Shown piece after piece: positions 48,134-59,786 of a stretch of DNA of 64,000 nucleotides. This DNA comes from Gemmatimonadota bacterium (GTDB lineage: Bacteria > Gemmatimonadota > Gemmatimonadetes > Gemmatimonadales > GWC2-71-9), in contig JBKPAO010000009.1 in NCBI GenBank assembly GCA_046726475.1, positions 7,480 through 71,479 on the forward strand, given 5' to 3'. The position numbers and the translations under genes were made by a program. The number at the start of each line of letters is the position of its first letter. The first letter of the stretch is position 1. The notes below the pieces were generated by a model. The model ran no database searches. It saw only the letters and a list, made by a program, of their open reading frames with translations, and was not told the DNA's origin.

Positions 48134-48666
48134 CCAGATTCGATTGTGTGAATGAGTCGGGACCGGGCGACTTCGCGCAAGACGAGTGTCGGCTCCCGAG
48201 GTAGGCGCTCGGCGAGCTCTGCTCTCCGCTCGCGATCGAAGGATCGCCCGGGCTCCAGGAAGTCGGCACAATAGAGGATACGTCCCACCATATCCCACTC
48301 AGCTAGACCGACCGAGTGATACCGCACTGCATCCAGCACCCCACGATCATCCTCGCCCTCGGCCCGGGCGCGGGCGGAGCTCGCCGGCCCATGACGAAGC
48401 TCGGGAGGTCCTGGCGTATTGGCGGACCACTTCTCCAGCACAGCGTCCGGCGCATCTCGCAGCGCGTCGTGGAGCCAGATCGCACGGAGCCAGCGGTTGC
48501 GCTCCGAATCGGGCACGCCCATCTGTTCGGCCCAGTGCACAGCGAGAGCCGCCACCCGTTGAACGTGCTCTAGCCTTTCCGGAGAGATGACTGCCCACTC
48601 GGGAAGGGTGGGCCGAAGCTCGGGTGAGCTAGGACGGGGTGGCCGCGCCGAGCCAGACTTGGTCAG
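48064..48666 (-). CDS. YqeK-like HD hydrolase (Ap4A hydrolase family)
   Basis: [26 protein letters not shown]; frame is open upstream to a CTG overlapping the panD stop. Confidence 0.85.
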   Translation of the reverse strand: MTKSGSARPPRPSSPELRPTLPEWAVISPERLEHVQRVAALAVHWAEQMGVPDSERNRWLRAIWLHDALRDAPDAVLEKWSANTPGPPELRHGPASSARARAEGEDDRGVLDAVRYHSVGLAEWDMVGRILYCADFLEPGRSFDRERRAELAERLPREPTLVLREVARSRLIHTIESGWPILEPTVRFWNSLVATGAASR

Positions 48667-49034
48667 CTCTCGGCCCGGAGCTGTGGTCGAACGATGCGGT
48701 TCTTGGAATCGACGAACACGACTGCGGGTGAGTGCCGCCCCGCTTCGTCTTCGGTGTAGACCCCATAGGAGATCACGATCACGAGATCACCCGGTAAACC
48801 CTGGCGCGCCGCAGCCCCGTTGAGTTGCAACACACCCGAGCCACGAGGGCCGGGAATGACATAAGTCGAGAAGCGAGCACCGTTGTTGACATTGACCACC
48901 TGGACCTCCTCATAGGTGGCAAGATCAGCGGCGTCGAGTAGTTCCTGGTCGATGGTGAGCGAGCCCTCATAGTGCAGGTCGGCCGAGGTAATCGTCGCCC
49001 GGTGAATCTTTGACTTCATCAGGTGGCGCTGCAT
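48663..49034 (-). CDS. panD: Aspartate 1-decarboxylase
   Basis: [22 protein letters not shown]. Confidence 0.97.
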   Translation of the reverse strand: MQRHLMKSKIHRATITSADLHYEGSLTIDQELLDAADLATYEEVQVVNVNNGARFSTYVIPGPRGSGVLQLNGAAARQGLPGDLVIVISYGVYTEDEAGRHSPAVVFVDSKNRIVRPQLRAES

Positions 49035-49888
49035 CAGCCGAGTCCTTGTGCGAGAGTGATGTTGTCAATCAGGCGGGTGCCGCCGACGCGGGCCGCGATC
49101 GCCACGATGGTGCGGCCCTCCACCAGGGCGACCGGTGTCAGGCCGCTCGGCTCGACGATGGCGATGTACTCGACCGTGACCCGAGAACTGCTACGAAGCT
49201 CGTCTTGCATGCGCTGTTCTAACGCGCTAGCCCGGCGCTCACCTTCGCAGAACCCCTGGTGCGCAACGGCCAACGACCGACTGAGAAGCACCGCTGCCTT
49301 GCGGTCTCCTTCCTGGAGGTAGGTATTCCGGCTGCTGATTGCCAGACCATCCGGCTCGCGCACGGTCGGGACATCCACGATCTCGATTGGCCAGTCCAGA
49401 TCACGCACCATGCGCCTGATGAGGGTGAGTTGCTGGATGTCCTTGCGTCCGAAGCACGCCAGGTCGGGCTCGACCAAGTGGAACAGCTTCGCGACCACGG
49501 TCAGAACGCCGGCGAAGTGTCCTGGCCTAGCCGCACCCTCCCAGCGCTCGGCTGTCGGTCCCGGCACCACTCGAATTTCCGAGCCGGGCGGATACATCGT
49601 TTCCACCTCGGGGACAAACAGCGCATCGACCCCGCGGCCTGCCGCTAGCGAGCGATCCCGGGGTAAGTCCCGCGGGTAGCGTGCCAGATCCTCGCCCGGC
49701 CCAAACTGAAGCGGATTGACAAAGATGCTCATGATTACCGCTTCGGCTCGGCGCCGGGCTTCGTCGACCAGCGCGAGATGCCCTTCATGGAGATATCCCA
49801 TCGTGGGCACCAGTCCGACCCTTCGGTCGGCGGCGTGCTGCGACCTGGTCCAGGCGCGGAGCTCGGCCCTCGAGGTGATCTCATTCAA
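49034..49888 (-). CDS. panC: Pantoate--beta-alanine ligase
   Basis: [26 protein letters not shown]; TTG start overlapping the panB end. Confidence 0.96.
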   Translation of the reverse strand: MNEITSRAELRAWTRSQHAADRRVGLVPTMGYLHEGHLALVDEARRRAEAVIMSIFVNPLQFGPGEDLARYPRDLPRDRSLAAGRGVDALFVPEVETMYPPGSEIRVVPGPTAERWEGAARPGHFAGVLTVVAKLFHLVEPDLACFGRKDIQQLTLIRRMVRDLDWPIEIVDVPTVREPDGLAISSRNTYLQEGDRKAAVLLSRSLAVAHQGFCEGERRASALEQRMQDELRSSSRVTVEYIAIVEPSGLTPVALVEGRTIVAIAARVGGTRLIDNITLAQGLG

Positions 49889-50693
49889 AGCTGTGTTCCT
49901 TGGAGGGGTATTTCCCCTCCCGTACGTCGGATGCGTACGCTCGCACTGCTTCCCGCACCGTCTGGCCCAGCTGCCCGTAGTGCTTGAGGAACTTGGGCGT
50001 GAACTGCTCGTTGAGGCCGAGCATGTCGTGGAGGACCAACACCTGTCCGTCGCACTGGGGGCCAGCACCGATGCCGATGGTGGGAATGGTCAGCGACTGC
50101 GAGATCCGCCCGGCGAGGGCAGCGGGGATGAGCTCGAGGACAATGGCACACGCTCCGGCCGTCTCTAACAGCTTCGCATCGTGCAGTAGCCGGTCGGCGG
50201 CGGTCGGTTCCCTGCCTTGCACCCGATAGCCACCCAGGGCATGAACCGATTGTGGTGTGAGCCCCAAATGGCCGATGACCGGGATGCCCCGCTCTACCAG
50301 CGCGGCCACCGTTTCCGCCATGTGACCCCCACCCTCCAGCTTGACTCCGTGCGCGCCGGTTTCCTGGAGCACCCGACCGGCGTTTCTGATCGCCTCGGGG
50401 ATCGAGACCTGATAGGTGAGAAATGGAAGATCCACGAAGACGAGCGAGCGACGGGAGCTGCGCCGCACCGCGGCCGCATGGTAGATCATCTGATCCAGCG
50501 TCGTACTGAGTGTGGTCTCGTGTCCGGCAATGACCTGATTCAGTGAGTCACCCACCAACAGGATGTCGACGCCCGCCTCCTCCAGCAGGCGGGCAAACAC
50601 GGCGTCGTAGCATGTCAGCATCACCACTCGCCGCCCCGCACCCTTCATGGCGAGCAGATCACTCACCGTCAGTGGCCGTGGATCAGAGCTCAT
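49881..50693 (-). CDS. panB: 3-methyl-2-oxobutanoate hydroxymethyltransferase
   Basis: LVGDSL, VKLEGG, HLGLTPQS, GIGAG. Confidence 0.97.
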   Translation of the reverse strand: MSSDPRPLTVSDLLAMKGAGRRVVMLTCYDAVFARLLEEAGVDILLVGDSLNQVIAGHETTLSTTLDQMIYHAAAVRRSSRRSLVFVDLPFLTYQVSIPEAIRNAGRVLQETGAHGVKLEGGGHMAETVAALVERGIPVIGHLGLTPQSVHALGGYRVQGREPTAADRLLHDAKLLETAGACAIVLELIPAALAGRISQSLTIPTIGIGAGPQCDGQVLVLHDMLGLNEQFTPKFLKHYGQLGQTVREAVRAYASDVREGKYPSKEHSFE

Positions 50694-51126
50694 GGGATTC
50701 GATTTCCGCCAGCTCTCGGAGCCAGAAGTCGCGGTTGGACAGCTCAGGATGAGGAATGATAAGGTCTTCCTCGGTCACGTGCCGGTCACCAAAGCGCACG
50801 ATATCGAGATCTAATGTGCGGGGACCCCAACGTTGGGTGCGGCGGCGGCCGTGCTCGTTCTCGATGGATTGTAAGGCCGCCAGCATCGCCCGGGGCGTCA
50901 GGGACGTTTCCAGCAGCACCATCTGATTGAGGTAGGGGGGCTGATCCATTCCCCCCAACGGCGCCGTTTCTTCAACTGCGGAACTGGCGATCAGAGCGGT
51001 GCTCGGGAGTGACCCGAGGGCTTCCCGGGCAGCTCGCAGGTGGCCAGCTCGGTCGCCCAGGTTGCTGCCCAATGCCACGAAGACCCGCTCCCGGCCGGGT
51101 ACCCCGCGCTCAGGCCTCAACGGCAA
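50683..51126 (-). CDS. folK: HPPK (folate pathway)
   Basis: [22 protein letters not shown]. Confidence 0.95.
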   Translation of the reverse strand: MPLRPERGVPGRERVFVALGSNLGDRAGHLRAAREALGSLPSTALIASSAVEETAPLGGMDQPPYLNQMVLLETSLTPRAMLAALQSIENEHGRRRTQRWGPRTLDLDIVRFGDRHVTEEDLIIPHPELSNRDFWLRELAEIESHEL

Positions 51127-53191
51127 AGTGACTCGCGATGCGCTGGAGGTCAGAGGCCAGGCCGCCGAGCTCCCGAATCGCGCGCTCTAGCTCGGCTTGT
51201 CCCGCCGATGCCTCTCCCGCTCGCTTGGCCAAGGTATCGGTGTCTGCCCGGCTCTTGGCCGAGCTGGCGGCGACTTGTTCGATCTGACCGGTCAGGGAAT
51301 TGACCGCATCTCGCTGCAGGGCGGCGGTCGCGGCAATCGCCTTGGCGTGTCCGCCCGCTTCACCGGTAGTCCCGACGATGGCGTCCAGAGCTTTAGCGGC
51401 ATCCGCGCTGAGCTCCTCGACACCGGCAACTACGTCGCGCCCCTTCGCCATCTGTCCGGAGACCGCGGTGACTTGATTGGCAATTTCGCCGAGGAGGCCT
51501 CCGGCTTCTTGGGCGGCGTGAAGACTCTGCGCTGCCAGTTCGCGCACTTCGGACGCAACGACTGCGAACCCGCGCCCTTCCCGGCCGGCGCGAGCGGCCT
51601 CGATCGCGGCATTGAGTGCAATGAGGTTGGTGAGGTCGGCGATCTCGCGAATCGTTCCGATAAAGCCCGTGATCCGCTGAGTGAGCCCCCCGAGTGCGGC
51701 GACCCGATCGGCACCGGCAGCAACGAAGCCTTTGAGCTCGACCAGCCGGGCGATTGCGTCGCCGATCACGTCACGGTTACGGGCAGCGACCTCGGCTGCG
51801 GTACCGCTGGCAGTGGCTGCCTGCGCTCCCTGGCTCATCATCTCCTGGGTGGCATTCGCAAGTGATCCGGTCGCGCGCAAGCCGCCGGTCGCGAACTTTT
51901 CTAGCTCCATGGCCCCCTGACGCATGCCGAGCGACACATCCGCCAGCGCCGTGGCGGAGGTGCGCAGTGAATCTGCTACCCGGGCGAGAGCCGTCACCTG
52001 CTCCCCGATCTGGCCGACGGTAAGCACCAAGGGCCGTCGAAGCTCCGCGATATGTATGGCGGTCGCCATCTGGCCGGCCAAAGTACTGAGGGCAAGCAAG
52101 TCCTTGGAACGGTAGGCGTGGCGCTTGTGGTGCTCAACCTCCAGCAGTCCCAGAATGTCGTCGCCGAAGCGAATGGGATGAATCACCAGGGTGAGCACGC
52201 CCTCCATCACGCCGGCGATCCGGGCGTCGTGGCGGGTATCCGGGACCACCAGCGGCTCACGGTTCTCCAGCACCTCACGACGCAGTGCTACCAGCGCGGC
52301 GGGGGGCTCACCTCGGCTGGGGCGCCCGATTGCGCTACGATACGCGAGCGTCGCCTCGGAGCCGGAGACTTGATACACCCGGAAATCACTCCAGTCGAGT
52401 AGGCGGTACGCCAGTCGCTCAATCTGGGTAAATGATCCCTGGAGCGTCGCGTTGCTCGCGATTGCGCCCTCCATCAGATGGACCTTGTTGAGGTCCTCCG
52501 CTCCGATCGCTTCATCGAGGATTTGTCGGGTGAGCAGTCCCAGCACTCCGAGCGCCAGCGCGACCGCCACCCACCCGACCGGAGCGAGCGTAGCGAGCGC
52601 GGTGACGATGATGGTGGAGGCGATCAGGGTGAGGAGGTAGGAGCTGATCTCCCACCGTAAGATCAGAATTTTCTCGGCGCTCTCCAGCTTGCTGCGGATC
52701 AGGAGGCTGAAGTAGAACAGCGCGCGACTGAGAAAGAAGTAGAGCGAGACGAGGATCGCAGCTGCCGGGAGGAAGTCCAGGGTCAGCTCGGAGCTTACGC
52801 CCAGGGAAAGAATAGCGGCATAGGGACCGTAGGCTGCGACGAACCCGATCACCTCCCGACCGGCATTGATGATCCCGGCCCGAGGTTGTTTGCGGAGCCC
52901 GAACACGTCTGCCGCAGCCACTCCGGCCCAAAGAGCCGCAGCCACAGGGGACGGTCCGATACAGACCGCCCCAACCAGGGTAGGAACCGCCGACTGGGTC
53001 AGATAGGAATACTTGCTGAGGCGAACCGGAACGGCCCGGAGCACGAAGATGCTGAGCATGAGCAGGACCGTGGAGATCGGATGCGACAGCCAGCGGGTGT
53101 CCACCGCAAGCACTCCGGCAAGGAGTACGAGTCCTCCTACCGAAAGTACCTGGGAGTAGCCGTGGATCAGCGGTTGAACCTTGATCTTCAT
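51110..53191 (-). CDS. Methyl-accepting chemotaxis-like protein with multi-TM N-terminus and GAF domain
   Basis: [33 protein letters not shown]; GAF-like region; 6-7 TMs. Confidence 0.9.
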   Translation of the reverse strand: MKIKVQPLIHGYSQVLSVGGLVLLAGVLAVDTRWLSHPISTVLLMLSIFVLRAVPVRLSKYSYLTQSAVPTLVGAVCIGPSPVAAALWAGVAAADVFGLRKQPRAGIINAGREVIGFVAAYGPYAAILSLGVSSELTLDFLPAAAILVSLYFFLSRALFYFSLLIRSKLESAEKILILRWEISSYLLTLIASTIIVTALATLAPVGWVAVALALGVLGLLTRQILDEAIGAEDLNKVHLMEGAIASNATLQGSFTQIERLAYRLLDWSDFRVYQVSGSEATLAYRSAIGRPSRGEPPAALVALRREVLENREPLVVPDTRHDARIAGVMEGVLTLVIHPIRFGDDILGLLEVEHHKRHAYRSKDLLALSTLAGQMATAIHIAELRRPLVLTVGQIGEQVTALARVADSLRTSATALADVSLGMRQGAMELEKFATGGLRATGSLANATQEMMSQGAQAATASGTAAEVAARNRDVIGDAIARLVELKGFVAAGADRVAALGGLTQRITGFIGTIREIADLTNLIALNAAIEAARAGREGRGFAVVASEVRELAAQSLHAAQEAGGLLGEIANQVTAVSGQMAKGRDVVAGVEELSADAAKALDAIVGTTGEAGGHAKAIAATAALQRDAVNSLTGQIEQVAASSAKSRADTDTLAKRAGEASAGQAELERAIRELGGLASDLQRIASHFAVEA

Positions 53192-53979
53192 GGGCGGCTC
53201 TCCGCATCAATGCCGCGCCGAAGAGAGGCCAAGAACCTGCCCGCCGCCCGGACTCCCTGACTTCCGAGGACATCGACCAGCGCACTTCCTACGACGACAC
53301 CGTCGGCCATACCGGCTACTACCCGGGCCTGTTCCGGCGTGGAAATCCCGAAGCCCACCGCAACCGGGAGCGAAGTCACCTGCCGGACTGCCGCTACCGA
53401 ATCACCGAGGCCAGACGACAACATTGCGGTGGCACCGGTGACTCCAAGTCGCGCCACCAGGTAGACGAATCCCCGCGCGCCTTCTACGGTTCGCGCCAGC
53501 CGGTCTCCTCGCGTGGTTGGGGCAATCAAGCGGATGAGGTCGAGCTCGCTGCGCTGGACCGCTGATTCAACATCGGGGTCACTGCCGGCGGGAAGATCGG
53601 TGAGAATCAGACCCGCAACACCGAGGGAAGTGGCATCCGCGAGAAAGCGCTCGATGCCATATCGCAAGATGGGGTTGAGATAACTGAATATCACCACCGG
53701 CCGGCTCAACTCAGCGCGAGCCACCAGCTCGAGCGTGCCGGGAAGGGTCATTCCCTGACGAAGCGCCTCAAAAGTAGACCGCTGAATCGTAGGCCCGTCG
53801 GCGAGTGGGTCGCTGAACGGCACGCCCACTTCGAGAATATCGGAGACCTCGGCAGCAAGCCGAAGCGCCTCCACGCTGGCATCCGCGCTGGGGTAGCCCG
53901 CGGTGAGATACGGAATGAGCGCGCGGCGACCGCTGGAACGCAGGGTGGACCAGGTCTGCGCCAACGGCGACTCAGACAA
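53188..53979 (-). CDS. trpA: Tryptophan synthase alpha
   Basis: [33 protein letters not shown]; start TTG 53979 (ATG 54003 possible). Confidence 0.97.
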   Translation of the reverse strand: MSESPLAQTWSTLRSSGRRALIPYLTAGYPSADASVEALRLAAEVSDILEVGVPFSDPLADGPTIQRSTFEALRQGMTLPGTLELVARAELSRPVVIFSYLNPILRYGIERFLADATSLGVAGLILTDLPAGSDPDVESAVQRSELDLIRLIAPTTRGDRLARTVEGARGFVYLVARLGVTGATAMLSSGLGDSVAAVRQVTSLPVAVGFGISTPEQARVVAGMADGVVVGSALVDVLGSQGVRAAGRFLASLRRGIDAESRP

Positions 53980-55426
53980 AGTAATCGCCAACCGTGATTC
54001 CATAGCGAGAGGGGTTGGTGACCTTGACGATGGAGCGGCGGTAGGCGCCGCTGTCGTCCTTCTCACTCAAACTCACTTGAGTGCCGGGTGCCGGCACGGG
54101 CCCCCCGTCGGCATCGACCGCGATGCGCACCAGAGGACGTTTGAGATGCTCGCCTTCCGGATTCGGCGCAGCAACCACGCCGACTTCGAAGGTGTCCAGG
54201 ATGACGCAGGTGCCCACGGGGTAGACGCCGATCAGATTGATGAGAGCCTTCACCAGCACCCGGTCGTAGCCTCGGTTCGGGTTCTCCCACATCTCTCGGA
54301 GCACCTGATCGGGCTCGATGGGAACGGTCTGATATACCCGCCGGGTCGTCGCTGCGTCGAAGCCGTCGGCCACCGACACGATCCGGGAAAAAATGCCCAG
54401 CTTCCGTGGCCTCACCACCTTGGGGTACCCGGTGAGATCGGTCTTCATGTGATGCTCATGTGCAACCAGGACCGAGCGGTAGGGTATCTCCTCGTATCCT
54501 CGCATGCTGAAGAGGGTGAGCGCGCCAAGCCAGGGGTGGGACTGGATGATCTTCCACTCGTGCTCGTCCAGCTTGCCGGCTTTGTTCAGCACCTCAGTGG
54601 GCACCCGCGCTTTCCCCACATCGTGCAACAACGCCGCCATGCCGAGGTCACAGAGCTGGACCTTGGAGAAGCCCAGCTTTTTGCCCAAGGCGACGGAGAA
54701 GATGCAGACATTCACCGAGTGGGTGAACGTGTATTCGTCGTAATCACGAATGGTGGTCAGACCTACCATCGAGATCTCATTGTTGAGCACTTGATCGACC
54801 ACCATCTGGACCGCGCGCTTCACCCGCTTGAGTCCGGTCGCCCGGCCCAGACGAACCCCGCCGATGACATCCTTGGTCACCGCCACACTCTGGGCATACA
54901 CCTGCTTGGAGGCTTCCCGCGCCTCGGCGGAGCTTCCCCCATCCGGTAAGCCACGCTCCAACTCCAGATGCACGATGTTGGCGGCGCCCAGGCGTTCCAG
55001 GAGCTCCTTGTGCCGTTCGTCAGCGTTGTCCCTGGCGGAGAGACTGAGCAGCAAACTCAAGAAGATCTGCCAGTCCCGGCGCTCGGTCCCACCCCTGACC
55101 CGGAGCGCACCGATCTCGAAGCCTCGAAAGATTGCGAGCACGTGACTGAACGAGGCGTAGTTGTCGAGCTCCAGCCGGAGCCGGGTAGAGTTGACGAAGA
55201 TGAAGTCGCCCGCGAGTCGGATCTCCAACTCGATCTCGGTTTGGAGTAGCGAGCGGGTGGTAGCATCGAGATCGGCCAGCGCCTTTTGAACGGTGGCGTT
55301 CTCCAGCGGATAGAGCTTGAGACTTCTGAGGGCAGTGTATAGCGCGAGCAGCAAGGAGCGGCCGCCCTGGCGAAGTTGTCCGTCATCCCCCGGCGCGTCG
55401 GAGACGAGTTCCAAGGGATTGCTCAT
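53972..55426 (-). CDS. HD-GYP domain protein
   Basis: DEYTFTHSVNV, LHDVGK, HEHH...TGYP, VADGFDA. Confidence 0.9.
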   Translation of the reverse strand: MSNPLELVSDAPGDDGQLRQGGRSLLLALYTALRSLKLYPLENATVQKALADLDATTRSLLQTEIELEIRLAGDFIFVNSTRLRLELDNYASFSHVLAIFRGFEIGALRVRGGTERRDWQIFLSLLLSLSARDNADERHKELLERLGAANIVHLELERGLPDGGSSAEAREASKQVYAQSVAVTKDVIGGVRLGRATGLKRVKRAVQMVVDQVLNNEISMVGLTTIRDYDEYTFTHSVNVCIFSVALGKKLGFSKVQLCDLGMAALLHDVGKARVPTEVLNKAGKLDEHEWKIIQSHPWLGALTLFSMRGYEEIPYRSVLVAHEHHMKTDLTGYPKVVRPRKLGIFSRIVSVADGFDAATTRRVYQTVPIEPDQVLREMWENPNRGYDRVLVKALINLIGVYPVGTCVILDTFEVGVVAAPNPEGEHLKRPLVRIAVDADGGPVPAPGTQVSLSEKDDSGAYRRSIVKVTNPSRYGITVGDYFV

Positions 55427-57108
55427 TTGGCGGCCTCGCGCAGGGCACGGCTGACGGCATTGCGGACCACCAGATCCTTGTCTTCTGCCGCGCGTTGAAG
55501 GACGTCGCGAGCGTCCGGTGTCTTGAGGCGACCGAGCGCCACGGCCGCGCAAGCACGGATCTCCGGAGGTTGCTTCATCCGGAGCAGACCGCGATCGAGG
55601 AGAATGGAGCTGAGCGGCTTCAGCGCACTCACTCCTGCAATGGCGCTATATGCCTCGAAGAATGCCATCTTCTCCGTCAGGTCCATCTCCTTCACTGATT
55701 TCCCCAGCACAACGCTCTCCACCCGCCGAAGCGCGCCTTTATAGCCGCGAGCTCCTGCGGACCGCACCGCAGCGAGTCGGACTCCGCGGTCGGTATCCTC
55801 AATTGCCTTGTCGACGACCGTCAGCGCTCCCGGGGTACCCAGCTGGCCCAACGTTTGGACGATGGCTAACCGTACGGCGGGGTCGGGATGACCCATCGCC
55901 TCGGCCAGGGCGGGAACGGCCTGGTGAAGTCCCAGCCGGCCACACAAGCCGATCATGCCCGAGAGGGCGGATGAATCCTGAATACCGAGGATGCGTTGTA
56001 CCTCGGTGGGATAAGTATGTGCCAGACGATCAACGAGATCCTCCAGCATCTTCCGAAGCGGGCTCGACGTGAGATTGGGAAGCCAGCTCACGCAGGGCTC
56101 CAGTGCAGATGCTCGCAATTCCCGCAGCACCTCTGCCGCGTGCTCCTCGACCCCGAGGTTGCTCGCCTCATCCAACGATTGCAGCAGTTGCCCAACGATC
56201 GTCGGCTCACTGAGCTTGGCGCCGAAAGCGTCCAGCCGTTGGACATGTTCGGGCTTCAGATCGGGGATTCGCTCTTTCAGGAGCTTGCACTCCCGGAGCA
56301 CGGCTGCGGAGCTCCGAAAGTCGCGCGCGTTCAGGAGATTGGGGAAGAGGCGCTCGAGGATGCGAAGAACTTCGTGCCTCACCGCCGGCTGGACATTCAC
56401 CTCGAACAGATCGAACAGCACATTCAGTGCGCTCGCCCGCACGTCTCGCGAATACTCCTCATCTACCTCGCGAGCGAGATAGCTGATTTCGGAGTCGTCC
56501 AGGAAGTAAAGGGTGGACTCGACATCGTCGAGATCGATCAGACTCTTCTGCTGCTGTTGAGGAGCCTCCTGGGCAATCTGCGCCTTGCGGTCGGCCGCGG
56601 TTTGTCCGTCAAGTGCTTGCCCGCTGACCTGAGGAACCGAGCCGGCTCCGTCGCCGGTAAAAAAGTCGATGAACCGGAATTCGATGAACTCGAACTCATG
56701 CTCCCACAACAGAGTTGGGAGATCATCACCGGCGTCCGCGGGCAGAAACCGCGCTTGGTTGACGATTGTGAGCAGGCGAGGCAGATCTATTTCTTCGGCG
56801 CCACGCCGGATGGTCAGAGCGCGCATCCCGTCCTTGAACAGGCTCCAGCTTAGGCTCTCCGACTTACTTGCTTGGCGATAGACGACCTGCTCCTCCCAGA
56901 TGAACTCCGTTTCGGTCACCTTCAGCACCACCTCTTCGGTGGACGCCCAGATAGGCGGGCAGGCGGCCTGGACGTTCTTTATGGCGCGCTGATAAACCGG
57001 ATTGTTCGGCAGGTACATCTGAAAGGCCCGCAGGGCCTTCACCATCACCGCGAGCAACTCGGCAACTTGCGAGGCGGGAACAAGGGGCGTCTGCGGCTGT
57101 GCGGTCAC
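55423..57108 (-). CDS. HEAT-repeat protein
   Basis: [28 protein letters not shown] repeats; GTGA overlap with the trpB stop. Confidence 0.85.
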   Translation of the reverse strand: MTAQPQTPLVPASQVAELLAVMVKALRAFQMYLPNNPVYQRAIKNVQAACPPIWASTEEVVLKVTETEFIWEEQVVYRQASKSESLSWSLFKDGMRALTIRRGAEEIDLPRLLTIVNQARFLPADAGDDLPTLLWEHEFEFIEFRFIDFFTGDGAGSVPQVSGQALDGQTAADRKAQIAQEAPQQQQKSLIDLDDVESTLYFLDDSEISYLAREVDEEYSRDVRASALNVLFDLFEVNVQPAVRHEVLRILERLFPNLLNARDFRSSAAVLRECKLLKERIPDLKPEHVQRLDAFGAKLSEPTIVGQLLQSLDEASNLGVEEHAAEVLRELRASALEPCVSWLPNLTSSPLRKMLEDLVDRLAHTYPTEVQRILGIQDSSALSGMIGLCGRLGLHQAVPALAEAMGHPDPAVRLAIVQTLGQLGTPGALTVVDKAIEDTDRGVRLAAVRSAGARGYKGALRRVESVVLGKSVKEMDLTEKMAFFEAYSAIAGVSALKPLSSILLDRGLLRMKQPPEIRACAAVALGRLKTPDARDVLQRAAEDKDLVVRNAVSRALREAAK

Positions 57109-58307
57109 AACCGGATACCAAGACTGGCCGCGACGTGGGCCACATCCTTGTCCCCCCGCCCGCTGAGACAGATGAGCACTACGGCATCGGGCGGAAAGGT
57201 GCCCGCGGCCCGACGGACCCACGCCAACGCGTGGGCACTCTCGAGCGCCGGGATGATTCCCTCCAACCTGCAGAGCGTCTGGAAAGCATCCAGCGCTTCG
57301 GCATCGGTCGCGGTCTCGTAGCTGACCCGCCCCACATCCCGCAGGTAACTATGCTCCGGCCCGACACCGGGATAGTCGAGGCCGGCCGATATCGAGTGAG
57401 CCGGTGCCACCTGGCCGTCGGCGTCCTGCAAGAGGTAGCTCAGACTCCCGTGAAGCACACCCGGCGTCCCCGCGCTCAGGGTGGCGCTGTGATGCCCGGT
57501 GGAGAGGCCCTCCCCCGCTGCCTCGACTCCCACGAGGCGGACTCCTGGATCATCGAGGAAGCCGCTGAATATGCCCATGGCATTGGAGCCTCCACCCACG
57601 CAAGCCACGACGGTATGAGGGAGCCGGGCGAAGCGCTCCAGCATCTGCGCTCGAGACTCGCGGCCGATCACGGACTGGAAGTCACGCACCATACGGGGGA
57701 ACGGGTCGGGGCCGACCACGGACCCAATGATGTAGTGAGTGGTCGGTACATTGGTGACCCAATCGCGGAGCGCCTCATTGGTCGCGTCCTTCAGCGTCCG
57801 GGTACCTGATTCGACCGGCACCACGGTGGCGCCGAGCAGCTGCATGCGGTAGACGTTCAGCCGCTGCCGCTCCATATCCTCGGCGCCCATGTAGACCACA
57901 CATTCCATGTTGAATCGCGCGCATACTGTCGCCGTCGCCACTCCGTGCTGGCCGGCGCCGGTCTCGGCGATAATCCTCCGCTTTCCCATGCGCTGGGCCA
58001 ATAACGCCTGGCCGATCGTGTTGTTGATCTTGTGCGCGCCGGTGTGATTCAGGTCCTCCCGCTTGAGGACCACAAGGGCCTGGACGGCATCGCTGAGGCG
58101 GGGAGCCTCGGTCAGCGGGGAGGGCCTCCCAACAAACTCCGTCAACAGACGCTCCAGCTCCGCCCAGAACGAGGCGTCTTCGCGCGCGGCATCGTACAGC
58201 GCGGTCAACTCGTCGAGCGCCGCAACCAGTGTCTCGGGAACGTACCGGCCGCCATACGGTCCGAAGCGACCTGGTAGGGCGCGCTCAGGTGATTGGGCTG
58301 TGGGCAA
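57105..58307 (-). CDS. trpB: Tryptophan synthase beta
   Basis: [34 protein letters not shown]; start approximate. Confidence 0.98.
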   Translation of the reverse strand: MPTAQSPERALPGRFGPYGGRYVPETLVAALDELTALYDAAREDASFWAELERLLTEFVGRPSPLTEAPRLSDAVQALVVLKREDLNHTGAHKINNTIGQALLAQRMGKRRIIAETGAGQHGVATATVCARFNMECVVYMGAEDMERQRLNVYRMQLLGATVVPVESGTRTLKDATNEALRDWVTNVPTTHYIIGSVVGPDPFPRMVRDFQSVIGRESRAQMLERFARLPHTVVACVGGGSNAMGIFSGFLDDPGVRLVGVEAAGEGLSTGHHSATLSAGTPGVLHGSLSYLLQDADGQVAPAHSISAGLDYPGVGPEHSYLRDVGRVSYETATDAEALDAFQTLCRLEGIIPALESAHALAWVRRAAGTFPPDAVVLICLSGRGDKDVAHVAASLGIRL

Positions 58308-58929
58308 ACACGGCCTCCGCAAATCGGGCGATCTTGCTGTGGTCTTTGATGCCGGGCAGGGCTTCGACGCCTGAACTCACATCCACGATATCCGGCCGAA
58401 CACAGGCCAGAGCTTTAGCGACGGTGTCAGGGGTGAGTCCGCCGGCAAGCACCATGGAATGACCCGCCAAACGCGCCCGCGCCTCGCACGCTACCGCGAG
58501 CTCGAGGGGCACTCCCGATCCACCCAGGGCCAGTGGTACGTGGGGCTCGACCAGTACCGCGTCGGATCCGGCGATCGCCCAGGTCACCGCATCCAGGTCC
58601 TGGGGCGCCGCGATTCGCACGACACGCCAGACCTCGAGACCCGCGGCGCGGATCCGTTCGGCGTCGGCCTGGGAGTAGGGACCGTGCAGCTGTGCCCCGC
58701 TAAGCCCTGTCTGCTCAGAGATCTGGAGGATTTCTTCCGGCGACTGGTCGGCGAAAACCCCCATCACGGGGACACCGGCACTGGCACCTACCAAGTCGAT
58801 CACTTGCTCCGCCCTAACCGTTCTGGGCCCTCCAGCAAAAACGACGCCCAGATAGGAGGCGCCGGCCTCAACTGCTCGGCTCACATCAGTGGGCCGCATC
58901 AGCCCACAGATCTTGATCTTAACGGCCAT
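58285..58929 (-). CDS. trpF: Phosphoribosylanthranilate isomerase
   Basis: [23 protein letters not shown]. Confidence 0.95.
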   Translation of the reverse strand: MAVKIKICGLMRPTDVSRAVEAGASYLGVVFAGGPRTVRAEQVIDLVGASAGVPVMGVFADQSPEEILQISEQTGLSGAQLHGPYSQADAERIRAAGLEVWRVVRIAAPQDLDAVTWAIAGSDAVLVEPHVPLALGGSGVPLELAVACEARARLAGHSMVLAGGLTPDTVAKALACVRPDIVDVSSGVEALPGIKDHSKIARFAEAVFAHSPIT

Positions 58930-59710
58930 GCCTCGTCACCATCGACAGGTCGCGAAGAAGCGCCGCCGGAGACTCTGCCGCCGAGAGCGCAGTCCCGATC
59001 AGTACCGCGTCCGCTCCGGCCTCTGCCGCCCGAGCTACATCCTGCCGCTCGACGAGGCCGCTTTCGGCGACGGCTATCCGGTCGACGGGCACCTCGGCCA
59101 GCAACTTCCAGGCGGTGTCGACATCGACCGCAAACGTGTCCAAGTCCCGGCTGTTCACTCCGATCACCGTAGCGCCAACATCGAGTGCTGTAGCGAGCTC
59201 CACCCGTGTGTGAACCTCTACCAAGGCATCCAAACCGAGCACTTCGGCGCAGCGGAGCAGCTGATCCAGTCTTTGACGAGTGAGAATTCGGACGATCAGG
59301 AGGACGGCCGATGCGCCGGCTGCCCTGGCCTCCAGAATTTGGACCTCGTCGATGATGAAATCTTTTCGGAGCAGCGGCAGCGCACAGCGTTCAGCGGCGG
59401 CTCGCAGGTCCTGCACCGAGCCCCCGAAATATGGAGTATCGGTCAGAATGGAGATTGCCGCCGCTCCATGGGCGGCATAGAACGCGGCCCGGTCGGCAGG
59501 ATCGAGATCCTCCCGTATTGATCCAGCCGATGGCGAACGCCGCTTCACCTCGGCGATAACGGCGAGGTGGGGCCGGCGGAGCGCCGCTCGGAACGAGGGG
59601 CGCGCCAGATGGTCTACTAGAACATCCCGCTCCAGGGCGTCCTGCCGGGCCTTCAAGGCAGGTAGCGTCTGCCGGGTGGAGTCCAGGATCTGTTGGAGAT
59701 TGACAGGCAT
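58919..59710 (-). CDS. trpC: Indole-3-glycerol phosphate synthase
   Basis: IAEVKRRSPS, LRKDFI, GVNSRDL, AESG. Confidence 0.97.
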   Translation of the reverse strand: MPVNLQQILDSTRQTLPALKARQDALERDVLVDHLARPSFRAALRRPHLAVIAEVKRRSPSAGSIREDLDPADRAAFYAAHGAAAISILTDTPYFGGSVQDLRAAAERCALPLLRKDFIIDEVQILEARAAGASAVLLIVRILTRQRLDQLLRCAEVLGLDALVEVHTRVELATALDVGATVIGVNSRDLDTFAVDVDTAWKLLAEVPVDRIAVAESGLVERQDVARAAEAGADAVLIGTALSAAESPAALLRDLSMVTRHGR

Positions 59711-59716
59711 CTTGTC

Positions 59717-59758
59717 CTTCGGCCGGTGTTCGGGTAGCTTAGTTCGGGCTCTATTCGG
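59717..59758. promoter_or_regulatory. Candidate LexA operator: two TTCGG-N6-TTCGG direct repeats
   Basis: TTCGG at 59718, 59729, 59743, 59754 (spacing 11/14/11) upstream of lexA. Confidence 0.6.
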
Positions 59759-59786
59759 TCAACTCGTCGACCAGGGGAGATATCGG

